Shown: in pieces, positions 27,307 to 38,031 of the stretch
Layout of the letters: the number at the start of each line of letters is the position of its first letter
Position numbering within the stretch: the stretch's first letter is position 1
Source: a virus
Virus record (IMG/VR): IMGVR_UViG_3300037264_004862
Span: 1-64,000 of that record
Strand: one strand, 5' to 3'
Length of the DNA stretch: 64,000 nucleotides
Position numbers and translations under genes: made by a program
Notes under the pieces: model-generated
What the model was told of the DNA's origin: nothing
The model's input: only the letters and a program-made list of their open reading frames with translations
The model's database searches: none

Positions 27307-28235
27307 GTTTTGTTCTGGCGATACCATGCAATTGTATCTAGTAATCCGGTCTGTAAATTAATGCTTGGTGTAAAATTTAACAACGACTTAGCACGATCAA
27401 TATTTAAACATCTTCTCATCTGTCCGTTTGGGTTCGTAGTATCCCATTTAATATCACCATTATAACCGACAAGTTTTGCAATAAGTGTAGACAATTCTGT
27501 CATTGATATTTCGTATCCAGAGCCTATGTTGATAAATTCATTTGTATTTGGTATATATATTGCATTCATTATCGCACGTGATAAATCTGTTGCATGTATA
27601 AATTCTCTAGTTGGTGTACCATCTCCCCATAGTACTACAGAGTCCATATTTGAATCAACTGCATCTATAAATTTCTTGATGAATGCTGGTATGACATGTG
27701 AGGTATTAATATTAAAATGATCATATGGCCCATAAGTATTAACTGGTATTAAACATGTAACATTTAAATTATATTGTTTAGAATATGCGATTGCACCAAA
27801 TAATGCATTCAACTTGGCAATCCCGTAGAAAGCATTGGTTTTTTCTGGATTGCCATAACACATAAGATCAGTTTCCTTAAATGGCACTGGTGTATCTGCT
27901 CCATACGAACACACAGACCCTATCATAACAACTTTCTGTATATTGGCTAAAATCGATGCTTCAAGTACAGTATGCGATATACTAGTTGTTGATGCCCATA
28001 AATTTGCTGGTTCTTGTTGATTTAATCCTATACCTCCGCATTCTGCTGCCAAATTTACGATGTGACAAATATCATATTTCTTAATCCAATCAAGCAATGA
28101 ATTTAATTTCGTGGCGTCGACACCGTTTCGACGGCTTGCTCCAACACATTTAATATTGTTGGCTGACAATGTATACATTAAATTAGAGCCAATAAACCCA
28201 TTTGCACCCAGAACACCAACTATCCCATCAACCAT
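27303..28235 (-). CDS. fcl: GDP-L-fucose synthase (NAD-dependent epimerase/reductase)
   Basis: GANGFIG, LAAECGGI, YGIAK, SHVIPA, WGDGTPTREF. Confidence 0.88.
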   Translation of the reverse strand: MVDGIVGVLGANGFIGSNLMYTLSANNIKCVGASRRNGVDATKLNSLLDWIKKYDICHIVNLAAECGGIGLNQQEPANLWASTTSISHTVLEASILANIQKVVMIGSVCSYGADTPVPFKETDLMCYGNPEKTNAFYGIAKLNALFGAIAYSKQYNLNVTCLIPVNTYGPYDHFNINTSHVIPAFIKKFIDAVDSNMDSVVLWGDGTPTREFIHATDLSRAIMNAIYIPNTNEFINIGSGYEISMTELSTLIAKLVGYNGDIKWDTTNPNGQMRRCLNIDRAKSLLNFTPSINLQTGLLDTIAWYRQNKT

Positions 28236-28395
28236 GTTATTTTATATCATTCTACAACATTTTTGCCAACGAAACCTGTTGATCCGAGAACACCTATCTT
28301 CATACGCTATCTAACAATATTTATAATATCTTTGAAACTCTAAATTTACTATACGAAATAGGCGGTATTATTCGTGAGATATTCAAAGATAATGA

Positions 28396-29334
28396 ATGAG
28401 AGCTTTATTAATTGAAGATTTAGCGGCTGTAGTTGAACGCCATACGAATAAGCTTTATAAGAAGAAGAATGTAGTCGGAGTAGGCACGGGATTAAAACAC
28501 AAAAATGGAAAGTCTACCGGCGAAATGGCGATTCTCATTTTTGTTTCTAAAAAGGAGCATCCCGATAGACTTCGTAGACACGATCTTATTGAATCAGAGC
28601 TTGATGGTATTAAAACTGATGTAGTCGGAAAAGTGGGCCAACTCAAAATTCAAAACATTGTTGCTCAAGCGCGAGCTGTGAATAGTAAATTAGAACGGCC
28701 AGTACATGTAGGAACAAGCATAAGCCATTTATATGTAACAGCTGGAACTCTTGGTGGGTTCTTTCTTGACAAAGACGATGAAGTAGTTATATTATCAAAC
28801 CAACATGTTATAGCTGGTGATCCCATGAAAGGCCCATACGGCAAGGCCCCAAAAAAAGGCAACGTTACAATTCAACCTGGTACATACGACGGTGGTACAA
28901 TAAAGAATACAATTGGCCACCTTAAAGCATGGGTACCATTAAAGAAACGTGATAATACCGAGGACTCAGCTATATCTAAAATAGATGATGTGTCTCAAAT
29001 AGTAAATGAAATAAAGGGCCTTGGTAAAATCAATGGTTTTGAAAAAGCTCGTATTGGCCAAGCAGTGCATAAAGTCGGCCGTTCTACAGGCCATACTAAC
29101 GGTAAAATTATATCCGTTAATACGTCAATCTGTGTCGATTATAGTGGTCTTATAAGATGCTTTAATAATTGTATTGTGACGACCCAAATGTCAGCAGGTG
29201 GTGATTCTGGCTCAGTTTTACTGAACAAAAACATGAACGCAGTGGGGTTGCTTTTTGCTGGATCTGATACTGTAACGATCTACAACCCCATTTTTTACCC
29301 GGTGAAAACTTATGGGCTCAAGATTTGGAAATAA
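28396..29334 (+). CDS. trypsin-like serine protease (Nal1-like)
   Basis: GTLG, LSNQHV, DSA, KVGRSTGHT, GDSGS. Confidence 0.85.
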   Translation: MRALLIEDLAAVVERHTNKLYKKKNVVGVGTGLKHKNGKSTGEMAILIFVSKKEHPDRLRRHDLIESELDGIKTDVVGKVGQLKIQNIVAQARAVNSKLERPVHVGTSISHLYVTAGTLGGFFLDKDDEVVILSNQHVIAGDPMKGPYGKAPKKGNVTIQPGTYDGGTIKNTIGHLKAWVPLKKRDNTEDSAISKIDDVSQIVNEIKGLGKINGFEKARIGQAVHKVGRSTGHTNGKIISVNTSICVDYSGLIRCFNNCIVTTQMSAGGDSGSVLLNKNMNAVGLLFAGSDTVTIYNPIFYPVKTYGLKIWK

Positions 29335-30016
29335 TGTCTTATTGTTGGCATTAGTTTTTTTATGCTGTGCAGGATATACTCGTGATTATATTTATGCATT
29401 TAAACCAACCAAACCAATCCAAGATATAAACGAGATCTATGAAAGCAGTGTTTGGGTTCATTTTACCACAACAAATGATGGGGGGACTACATTCGCAGGC
29501 ACCGGATGGGCTGTAGCCTATGATGAAAATTTAGGCGTAACTTTTATTTCAACTGCAGGCCATGTGGTAGACCATGATGCGGGAACCGTACGTGTTTACT
29601 ATTGGCTCAAAAATGGCGATTGGAAAATTACTGCTGGTGTTGTCTTCTATAGCGCTAATCGTGAAAATGGTGACATAGCAATCATAGCCATACCAGTTAA
29701 AATCCCTACGCTTCCAGTGGCCACTAAAGAAGAATATAACATTAATGACGAAGTGATACTAGCTGGTGTTCAACACCAAGCACCACCAGCATTAGTATCA
29801 ATCGGGGTCATCAAAAAAATCACTACTACTAAGATTTATATCGATGCGTGGTCATGGCGTGGACATAGTGGTGGTCCGTTAATTCATCGTAAGACTAATA
29901 GAGTTATTGGTTTTGTTACCGCATTTGGGTCGGACGACACCACCAATGCTAGTTTTACTGTATGCTCTAACTTTAGAGTAATTGGAATTGCACTTCATAA
30001 GGCCGGAATACAATGA
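29312..30016 (+). CDS. secreted/membrane trypsin-like serine protease
   Basis: Hydrophobic N-terminus; TAGHV, GDIAI, GHSGGP. Confidence 0.85.
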   Translation: MGSRFGNNVLLLALVFLCCAGYTRDYIYAFKPTKPIQDINEIYESSVWVHFTTTNDGGTTFAGTGWAVAYDENLGVTFISTAGHVVDHDAGTVRVYYWLKNGDWKITAGVVFYSANRENGDIAIIAIPVKIPTLPVATKEEYNINDEVILAGVQHQAPPALVSIGVIKKITTTKIYIDAWSWRGHSGGPLIHRKTNRVIGFVTAFGSDDTTNASFTVCSNFRVIGIALHKAGIQ

Positions 30017-30347
30017 GATCTATATGAAAAAGTCAGGGTTGGCTTATTACTCACTACGCCGTAGACATTTTTGTACGCCTGTAGCAGATAAACGATATAG
30101 AGATCTGACGATTGGCGATGAATTTGACGAACATGATGATAACGCTATTCGCCAAGTCATGCCAGAGGACTTGTTAGATGCCACAATCCTAGTTGAATCT
30201 ACCGAAGACAATAGATCGCATTACATACGTGTATCTTACTGTGATGTTCAGGAATCCAAGGCTATCAATGACCTAGTCACAATTGATATTGACAAAAATG
30301 GAAAACTAGTCGGCGTGAAGCTAAATTATTCTTGGCCTTCAAGGTAG
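29982..30347 (+). CDS. hypothetical protein with DUF2283-like C-terminus
   Basis: VTIDIDKNGKLVGVKL. Confidence 0.5.
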   Translation: MELHFIRPEYNEIYMKKSGLAYYSLRRRHFCTPVADKRYRDLTIGDEFDEHDDNAIRQVMPEDLLDATILVESTEDNRSHYIRVSYCDVQESKAINDLVTIDIDKNGKLVGVKLNYSWPSR

Positions 30348-30677
30348 ATATAAGTACCGAGGAATCATTCCTAGGTACTTATTTATAGCACATTCAAATT
30401 CCACAAAGAACTTGGGATCAGCAGCGTAAAGTTGTGTTGCTTCATTAGATTTAATGCCAGATGCTGTCTCGGCTACGATTTCTAAGTTCTTGACTACAAA
30501 GACGCAATTATTTAAAATATAAATACAAGGCCACATATCGTAGTCTATAGCTGCTTCAATAGGGTAATCTGAAGCATGGCGCACATAACTGCGCACTTGA
30601 AATGGATGAAGCGGCCATGTTTCCATTACTAAGTCTCTAACGATCTGCGTTAGAGAAAGATTTTCATGCCCCATCAT
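30339..30677 (-). CDS. DPxFF family protein (outlier)
   Basis: SLTQIVRDLV ... LYAADPKFFVEF. Confidence 0.7.
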   Translation of the reverse strand: MMGHENLSLTQIVRDLVMETWPLHPFQVRSYVRHASDYPIEAAIDYDMWPCIYILNNCVFVVKNLEIVAETASGIKSNEATQLYAADPKFFVEFECAINKYLGMIPRYLYLP

Positions 30678-30705
30678 TGGACAACCTTGGGGGTGACAAA
30701 CATAA

Positions 30706-31503
30706 TTATAGAGATACTTTTATATCCCAGCGTTTAGAGCTTAACTCTAACTTGATAGCCCCACGTATCGAGGGGGCGTACCCTGCTCTCTCTGCATAAC
30801 TATCGTCCCATTTCATAAAGGAGCCAGTTACACCATAAACTCTCATCTTTTCAACTGGTTTGAGTTCGCCTTTAGGCCAAGCGAAATACAAATCCTGGTC
30901 TATTACTTTACGATGCGCATGTCCCATCATATAGATGTCACATTGATGAATCATCGCCTGGGACCGACATTTGTTTAATACGCCAGCTGGAGTTCCCGCG
31001 CTCCCTGAACCATGCCAACTATGCATTGTGTAAGTCTGTTTATCAACATTAATTTTGGTCATAGCTTGCCATTGGCCCCATACAGGAGCACGGGATTTCG
31101 CATCTTTAGCCATCTGTTTCATAAATATGTTCATGTTTTTTGCCACACTAATGCCAGTGACAGCTTGGCTGCGCCAAAAATGATTAGAATCGTGTGTTAG
31201 AAGCAATTTGCCAGCTTTCACTACTGGTTCCCAATATTTAAGTGCTGCATCAAATTGTTCTTGGGGTTGCATGTTTTGGTCAAACATCATCGAACCGTGT
31301 AATGCGTCTGTTGGAATTGCATTCTCTAGGTCATCACCTAAGTCCAGCGCATATGTATCTGGCGCGCTCAAGATGTAATCACGATAAGACAATGCTTTCT
31401 CTTGGTCGTGATTTTTACTGCCAATATGTAAGCAGCACAAGCTAAAGACAGAAACATATTCACCTTTCTTAGGTTTAGGTAAGGTAATTTCATATGATTG
31501 CAT
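30706..31503 (-). CDS. calcineurin-like metallophosphoesterase
   Basis: LHIG, LGD, SNH, WHG, MGHAH motifs. Confidence 0.8.
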   Translation of the reverse strand: MQSYEITLPKPKKGEYVSVFSLCCLHIGSKNHDQEKALSYRDYILSAPDTYALDLGDDLENAIPTDALHGSMMFDQNMQPQEQFDAALKYWEPVVKAGKLLLTHDSNHFWRSQAVTGISVAKNMNIFMKQMAKDAKSRAPVWGQWQAMTKINVDKQTYTMHSWHGSGSAGTPAGVLNKCRSQAMIHQCDIYMMGHAHRKVIDQDLYFAWPKGELKPVEKMRVYGVTGSFMKWDDSYAERAGYAPSIRGAIKLELSSKRWDIKVSL

Positions 31504-31515
31504 TATTTTGTCTCC

Positions 31516-31914
31516 TTATTGTTTATGTTTAGCTTTTGGTCTTTTTGTTTTACCAATCGTTACAGCATCATTTAATAATTCAGATAATTGATTTTTAATG
31601 GCTTCATGGCCCAATTTAACAACTTCGTAAGATTGAATAATTGTTGGTGTCCATCCCGCATCTCGTAATATTTCAGCCTTCTTTTGATTCCATGATCCAG
31701 AGCTCTCGAAGAGAATGGCCAACTTACATTTTTTTATAGTAAAGTGGACTACAGTTTCATTAATAATTCCTGGGCTTTGATAATCAAGTCCAAGAGACTT
31801 ACAAGCTCGCTTAATAATATCGAAAGCTGGGCCTTCTTTGCGAATGTTGCCCATTGCTTTTTTAATATGACTGGGAATGCTATTATTGAAGAGCGTCTGT
31901 CTATTTCTAGGCAT
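31516..31914 (-). CDS. Vsr/DUF559-like nuclease-fold protein, possibly degenerate
   Basis: VHF...KLAILFE...KAEILRDAGW. Confidence 0.45.
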   Translation of the reverse strand: MPRNRQTLFNNSIPSHIKKAMGNIRKEGPAFDIIKRACKSLGLDYQSPGIINETVVHFTIKKCKLAILFESSGSWNQKKAEILRDAGWTPTIIQSYEVVKLGHEAIKNQLSELLNDAVTIGKTKRPKAKHKQ

Positions 31915-31919
31915 CAGAA

Positions 31920-32570
31920 TTACTTACTCACCGATAACTCAAGCGGTTCATAAGACCACTCTAATACTCGAGCTGGCGGCGATGCTGGAACGTTAATGAA
32001 AGATAATTCTTTACCAGTAAACCGCTTTACAATGCCACGAGCTAAACGATAAATTCCACCTTCTTCGTAGTATTGGCCTGGACTGTGTTTGCAAAACTTC
32101 ATGTCTTTACCGTCTAGAGGACAAATGATTTTATCAGTTGTGAAACCAATGCTTATTTTTTTAAATAGACCTTGTTTAATCTTTTCGATAGCTTCTTCAC
32201 TTTTAATTTCTAAAATCATTTCGATGTAAAACTGTTTTGATTCTTTATCGTAACGCAAAGAAGATGCGCTGATAACACCAATTGTGGCATTTGGGTTTAC
32301 CCAATCATGGCCCATTAATACCGGACAACCGACGAAAGAAGCGGCATCTTCTTTCATCGCGTCCTTTTCAAATAGGAAACGATTATCCATCTTTCCTTCA
32401 TAAACTGCACCAGCCCTAACGTATAGCGTTGGATAAGCTGAGTAATCATGGCGACATGGGCCGGTGCGATCCATTACAAGAGGTACAGCCACACACGCTA
32501 TTGTACTAAGACTAATAATAAGTATTGGAAACCACAAATGTCGGAGCAATGATGCAATTTTATATCTCAT
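31920..32570 (-). CDS. HK97-type prohead protease-like protein with N-terminal TM segment
   Basis: PVLMGHDW, SIGF, CPLDG..C.H.PG, ELSFINVPA. Confidence 0.7.
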   Translation of the reverse strand: MRYKIASLLRHLWFPILIISLSTIACVAVPLVMDRTGPCRHDYSAYPTLYVRAGAVYEGKMDNRFLFEKDAMKEDAASFVGCPVLMGHDWVNPNATIGVISASSLRYDKESKQFYIEMILEIKSEEAIEKIKQGLFKKISIGFTTDKIICPLDGKDMKFCKHSPGQYYEEGGIYRLARGIVKRFTGKELSFINVPASPPARVLEWSYEPLELSVSK

Positions 32571-33300
32571 AAAACCTCTTTTATATCTCTGTTAGTACCT
32601 TTTCGATGATACACTCTAATTGAGGCCCTATTTCATCTACTAACGAAAAATTGAATTCTTGCAGATCGTCGCTAGATGGTAAACTCTTTTCAGTAAGTGA
32701 ATATACCAATCCATTCAGCAGCAACAGAGTTTGGGCATGAACAGCATCCCAAGGGCGGGGTCCCGAATTAGAGATTTCTAATAATAACCCAATTCGATAT
32801 TGGGGATCAGCAATCAAGGCGGCACTAAGTATGACGAGATTATATTCAACTTGCGTTGAAGTCACCGCTACTACTTTACGCTCAATTAATTGGTATCGCC
32901 TCATCTATACGTATTTTTGGGTAAATAAGAGTATAGATATAGGTGAAATGTGAAAAAAGCTCAGTTTAGAGACCCAAAAGGAAAGTGGCAAGCTATAAAT
33001 GTGCTTAGTCCAACCGCTGACCCAGTAAGGGCAGCCTATGACCACTGCGTAAAATTCGGCCTTGCTACTCGCGTTATTGAATTAGACGGAGACAAGGAAG
33101 CAATAGTACGCGAGTTCCGTTGTCAGAAGAAGAGCTCTCGGTGAGCAGGCGTAAACCCGAAGAACCTAAGAAGCAAATTCCCGTACCCAAAAATTTATAC
33201 CGTTCAGTGGACCACACTGATGATGGGCGAGCGGGGTGGGAAGGCTGCATAATTCTTGTATACATAATCTTAATATTTTTAGTAGGATTGACTATAGGCT

Positions 33301-34704
33301 ATGGGTGCAAATAATATGAATAACACTTATACTAGCCCCTTTGCTGATCGGTACTCTTCGAGAGCAATGCTTTCACTTTTCTCTGCTGATAGGAAATTTC
33401 AGACTTGGCGTGAATTATGGGTGGCACTAGCTGAATCAGAACAAGCGCTAGGTCTTAATATCACCAACGAACAAATTGAAGAACTTCGCTTTAGCGTTCA
33501 TGATATCAATTATGATGTTGCTAATTCATATGAAGCCAAGCTCCAGCATGATGTTATGGCACATATTAAAGCATATGGCGAGCAATGCCCTAAAGCGAAA
33601 GGCATTATCCATCTGGGCGCTACGAGTGCTTATGTTGTGGATAACACTGATCTTATTGTAATTAGAGAAGGCCTTGATCTAATTGAACGTCAGCTTACTA
33701 GTCTAATAGTGGCGTTATCGGACTTTGCAGAAAAATATGCGAGCACCCCTACAGTGGCGTTTACACACTTCCAGGCTGCTCAATTCACTTCAGTGGGGAA
33801 ACGTGCTTGTTTGTGGATCCAAGATCTCTTACTGGACCTTGAAGAAGTACAAACACGCAAGCAAAATCTTCGATTCTTAGGTGTAAAAGGTACTACTGGA
33901 ACACAAGCTAGCTTTTTGACATTATTCAATGGCGACGACAATAAAGTAAAAATTCTAGACCAAATGGTCGCTCATAAAATGGGCTTTAGTAGCACTTATA
34001 TGGTGAGCGGCCAGACTTACTCGCGCAAAATCGACGCACAAATTCAGGCCACGCTATCTGGAATTGCGGAGTCAGCCCACAAGTTCGCCAATGATATGCG
34101 ACTTCTCCAACATCTCCGTGAGATCCAAGAACCGTTCGGGAAAGACCAAGTTGGATCAAGTGCGATGGCCTACAAACGCAATCCGATGAAGAGCGAGCGC
34201 ATTACATCATTAGCGCGTTTAGTGATTTCTTTGAATACTAATGCGGCTTTTACGGCCGCATCACAATGGTTTGAAAGAACGCTTGACGATTCTGCTGGTA
34301 AACGTATTGCTCTACCAGAGGCGTTCTTGGGTGTTGATGCAATTTTGCAACTCTACTTGAACATTGTGTCAGGCATCATTGTCAATACAAACATTATCAA
34401 TACACACGTGCTAGAAGAACTTCCAGATATCGCTTCTGAGAATTTGCTCATGGAAGCAGTGAAAGCCGGTGGCGATCGTCAAGAGCTGCATGAGACAATT
34501 CGTCGTCATAAAATGTCTGGTGTTAATCTTTTAGAGGCACTTCAGAATGAAGCTCAGTTCAAAGCTGTGTGGTCGAAAGTGTCTACGCACCCATCTGAAT
34601 ATATTGGACGCTCGGCAGTACAAGTGGCAGAGTTCCTAAGTAGTCTTCTGTTATTGGAAATCCGGCGTACTGCACCAACCATAAAGTCTGAAGTCCGCGT
34701 ATAA
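33301..34704 (+). CDS. purB: adenylosuccinate lyase
   Basis: HDVMAH, IHLGATS, FTHFQ.AQ, GSSAMAYKRNPM signature, ERTLDDS. Confidence 0.95.
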   Translation: MGANNMNNTYTSPFADRYSSRAMLSLFSADRKFQTWRELWVALAESEQALGLNITNEQIEELRFSVHDINYDVANSYEAKLQHDVMAHIKAYGEQCPKAKGIIHLGATSAYVVDNTDLIVIREGLDLIERQLTSLIVALSDFAEKYASTPTVAFTHFQAAQFTSVGKRACLWIQDLLLDLEEVQTRKQNLRFLGVKGTTGTQASFLTLFNGDDNKVKILDQMVAHKMGFSSTYMVSGQTYSRKIDAQIQATLSGIAESAHKFANDMRLLQHLREIQEPFGKDQVGSSAMAYKRNPMKSERITSLARLVISLNTNAAFTAASQWFERTLDDSAGKRIALPEAFLGVDAILQLYLNIVSGIIVNTNIINTHVLEELPDIASENLLMEAVKAGGDRQELHETIRRHKMSGVNLLEALQNEAQFKAVWSKVSTHPSEYIGRSAVQVAEFLSSLLLLEIRRTAPTIKSEVRV

Positions 34705-34718
34705 GCCAAACATATTGT

Positions 34719-35147
34719 ATGTGGATACTTCATAAAGAGACCACAGGTCTCCTTTGGTTAGAATTGGAATATAAAGATGTCAGTCACTTCATACTTCCAG
34801 TATTCACAAGCCCCGATACTGCAATGGATTTCGTACAAGAAATTGAACATGAAGGTGAACGTATCGAGATGCAACACATCGAAACAACAGAAGAGCTTGC
34901 TGAAATGTTAATTATGATCCAAACTCAACCCGCTAGTGCTGTAATATTAGATCCACCACATCCTGAATCTATAACGTCTGAAAATGAGCTGTCTGAAAAT
35001 GAGCTTACATATTGGACATCAGTAGAGTTCTGTGATATTGCTGCTACTCTAGTTATGATGTCGGACACATATGACGATAAACTTATCATCGATCTCTTAA
35101 ACAGATATTTACACAACAAATTAGACCAAAGATCTACAGCTGATTAG
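34719..35147 (+). CDS. acidic hypothetical protein (SseB-like motif)
   Basis: LPVFTSPDTA ... VILDP. Confidence 0.5.
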   Translation: MWILHKETTGLLWLELEYKDVSHFILPVFTSPDTAMDFVQEIEHEGERIEMQHIETTEELAEMLIMIQTQPASAVILDPPHPESITSENELSENELTYWTSVEFCDIAATLVMMSDTYDDKLIIDLLNRYLHNKLDQRSTAD

Positions 35148-35876
35148 GCGTTATGGCCATCTAGTCCATCATATTTGGGCACCCAAGGCTCTGCACTTAT
35201 GGTTTTTGCAACTTCATTAGAATCGATTTTCTTATCGGGTGAGCGTATGTCCACTACTTTTTTGGCGCTTGGGCCGATATCTACGAGCTTCTTAGGTTCT
35301 TTAATTAGTTCAACTTGCGCAAGCTTACGTCTCTTAACGAGTGCGACATGTGCTCGTTTTAATACTAATATGATGCCATCTTTGGTGAATTCGATGCTAT
35401 CAATGATGTGTGGCAAAGAAGGCCCGCGAGCCGTCCTAAAGGAGGCTTTCTTACCTACCATGGCTTTGATTTCTTTCAGTTCTACGTCGTCTTTAAGTTT
35501 CATACATCAAATGGCGTTACATGATTAACGCTAAATTCTATTGTATCTACTAACTCTGTCATTAGATCTGGGGCAGCTACATTAATTCCTGCATCAATAA
35601 ATTTTTCGCCTTCCATATGTCTACATATTAATGTCGGATGAGTAGTTTTAGGTTGCCAAAAAAATTTAAATCTGATCGCGTTTACTGCAAAATCTAACTC
35701 GCCATATTGAGCATTATATATAATACAGCATCGGCCAGTTTTTACTTCTAGTACGTATTTTAAAGCAGCAATGAATGGACCGACTTCTACTACCTTATGT
35801 TCCATCACTCGTTCTAAATGCCGTCTGCATTTAGCATATTTATCAAGATATTCTTCTCTATCCATTTGAGGCCCTC

Positions 35877-36755
35877 ATGAATGCGAACAAACTGTTTAAA
35901 CTTTTAGAAAACGGCGAAGATTCATTTAATAGATTGCCACAATATAAGACGATTTTAGAGCAATCATCACGAGTGGTAATTGACTTTTCACAGTTCAAAG
36001 CTCTTGATGCATTTAGCGAGCGCGCAACAGAAACGGCGCGCGACAAAGGAATTGTTTCCCCATTTGATAACGTCTTATTAGATCTACCAGGCATTGAAGC
36101 TCCATCCATTTCAAATAGCGCTACTATTAAACAAGATTTGCTATTGCATTTGATTCCGATTCAATTAGCCACTGATATATCTACATTTAGCGTGATGTTA
36201 GTTCAAGATTTAAGAGTTATATGTAAAGACGTTTATCCACGTAGCCACCTTGTTAGTTTGAGCAAGAATGAATTGGCATCGATGCCAGTGGTAGATGAAG
36301 GGATGGCAATGCTGGGGTGCAAATGTAGTATTAAAAATCCATTTTCACATAGCCCGATTTTTAAACAGGTTCAATCGTTTACTCCAGGATTTAAAGCCGA
36401 CACTGGCTATGCAGCCTTCAATTGTCCATCTAATTTAGCTTGCTGCAAACAATTGCGTGGTAATTCTGATACTATTACTTGTATTGCAATAGCTAGTATG
36501 ATTTATATGACAATGCCGTGCCATACAATTTTACAAGTCACCGACATCGGACATCGTGAACGCCAAGGCCTGAAACAAATGCCATATTTTATCATAGTTG
36601 ATAAAGACGCAGTGGAAAACCTTAAAAACAACAAACCAACCGGACAATTAGCCTTTAATGACGGAAATGATTTTGATAAGTTTAATACAACTGAAAAGTT
36701 TGTGGTAGATAAATTTATGGTTGGTAAGACATCATACGAACAGGTTACCAAATGA
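35877..36755 (+). CDS. hypothetical protein
   Basis: 292-aa ORF coupled to downstream genes. Confidence 0.7.
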   Translation: MNANKLFKLLENGEDSFNRLPQYKTILEQSSRVVIDFSQFKALDAFSERATETARDKGIVSPFDNVLLDLPGIEAPSISNSATIKQDLLLHLIPIQLATDISTFSVMLVQDLRVICKDVYPRSHLVSLSKNELASMPVVDEGMAMLGCKCSIKNPFSHSPIFKQVQSFTPGFKADTGYAAFNCPSNLACCKQLRGNSDTITCIAIASMIYMTMPCHTILQVTDIGHRERQGLKQMPYFIIVDKDAVENLKNNKPTGQLAFNDGNDFDKFNTTEKFVVDKFMVGKTSYEQVTK

Positions 36756-37050
36756 TATGGTATGTAAGTGCGCCCCTAGCGATCGGAAATATGCCTCAAG
36801 GCCATTATGCTGAAATAGTGGGGCGCTTAAAAGATATGCTTGTCACTATCGAAGTAGAATATCACACTCCTGAGCATCGGTCGAACATCATTGAATTCTT
36901 AAAGACTTTAGGTACAGTCCAATATGACATTAATTACGATGATATTAGAATGAAATATTGGAACAAGGTCATCAAGATATTTAATAAACATGATAGAATG
37001 ACGTTCCAAGAGTGGTATAAATATTTTAATTCTAAAAATCCCAAAACTTT

Positions 37051-38031
37051 ATGATTATACGCATTTGCAACCCAGACGGCGGTGCTTTTAAATATGTTAC
37101 TGAAGGTTTGATTAATAGTTTACGCTTGGCTGACAATGATGTAGGTCGAGTAACCACTAAAGATGTCCCACAAGACTTTGATTTGTATCTTGGATGTTCT
37201 GGCTGGAGACAACGCATTCCATCAAAAGACAAACGAAATGGAAAAATAGGTATTCATGTCAACCCATATGGACCCAAGAAAGTTGGAAATATTGACAAAG
37301 GTCCTACAATTGATGAAAGTAAAGAGGCCATTCAATGGACATTGGCGCAAAATCCGGACTTCGTATACTGTTACTGTAGTGCGACGTTTATACCAGAATA
37401 TTTCGGATATTGGACCAGCAAGCATGGCATCCCTGTCGTGCCGGTCCCTACGGCAGCCGATGTCACTATCTATAAACCTTACCAAGCCGAAGAAAGATTC
37501 AAGTGCGAAATAGGGTGGGTTGGCGGTAGGTGGCCCTATAAAGCTGTAATGTTAGAGAAATATTTAGTACCTCTAATTAAATCAAAGAAATGTATGATTT
37601 ATGGCTGGGGCAACACCTGGGGCAATAATAAAGCTATAAGCGACAAAGAAGTACCAATTTTGTTTTCATCTGCCAAAATCTGCCCTAGTATATCAGAAGG
37701 ACACACAACCGCCCACCCTGTAGACGTTCCTGAACGAGTTTTTAAAATTCCTGCGAGTGGTGGTTTCACTATCCACACTCCTAGTCCTGCTATCAATGAT
37801 TTGTTTGGGGATGTTATTCCTATGGCAAAAAACCAGAAACACTGGATGGAATTGATTGAGTTCTACCTGAAAAACGACAAAGAACGCATTACTCAAGCCG
37901 CAATGGAGCGTGCGTTGATTTTAGAAAAGCACACTTATTTCAATAGATGTTTAGAAATCGCCAATGTTATCAGCAACACAACTCTTACTGCCAATATAAT
38001 AAAAGCTAAGCAAGCTTACTTAAAGCTATAA
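37051..38031 (+). CDS. CgeB-like GT-B glycosyltransferase
   Basis: IGWVGG, SAKICPSI, ERVFKIPASGG, HTYFNR. Confidence 0.8.
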   Translation: MIIRICNPDGGAFKYVTEGLINSLRLADNDVGRVTTKDVPQDFDLYLGCSGWRQRIPSKDKRNGKIGIHVNPYGPKKVGNIDKGPTIDESKEAIQWTLAQNPDFVYCYCSATFIPEYFGYWTSKHGIPVVPVPTAADVTIYKPYQAEERFKCEIGWVGGRWPYKAVMLEKYLVPLIKSKKCMIYGWGNTWGNNKAISDKEVPILFSSAKICPSISEGHTTAHPVDVPERVFKIPASGGFTIHTPSPAINDLFGDVIPMAKNQKHWMELIEFYLKNDKERITQAAMERALILEKHTYFNRCLEIANVISNTTLTANIIKAKQAYLKL

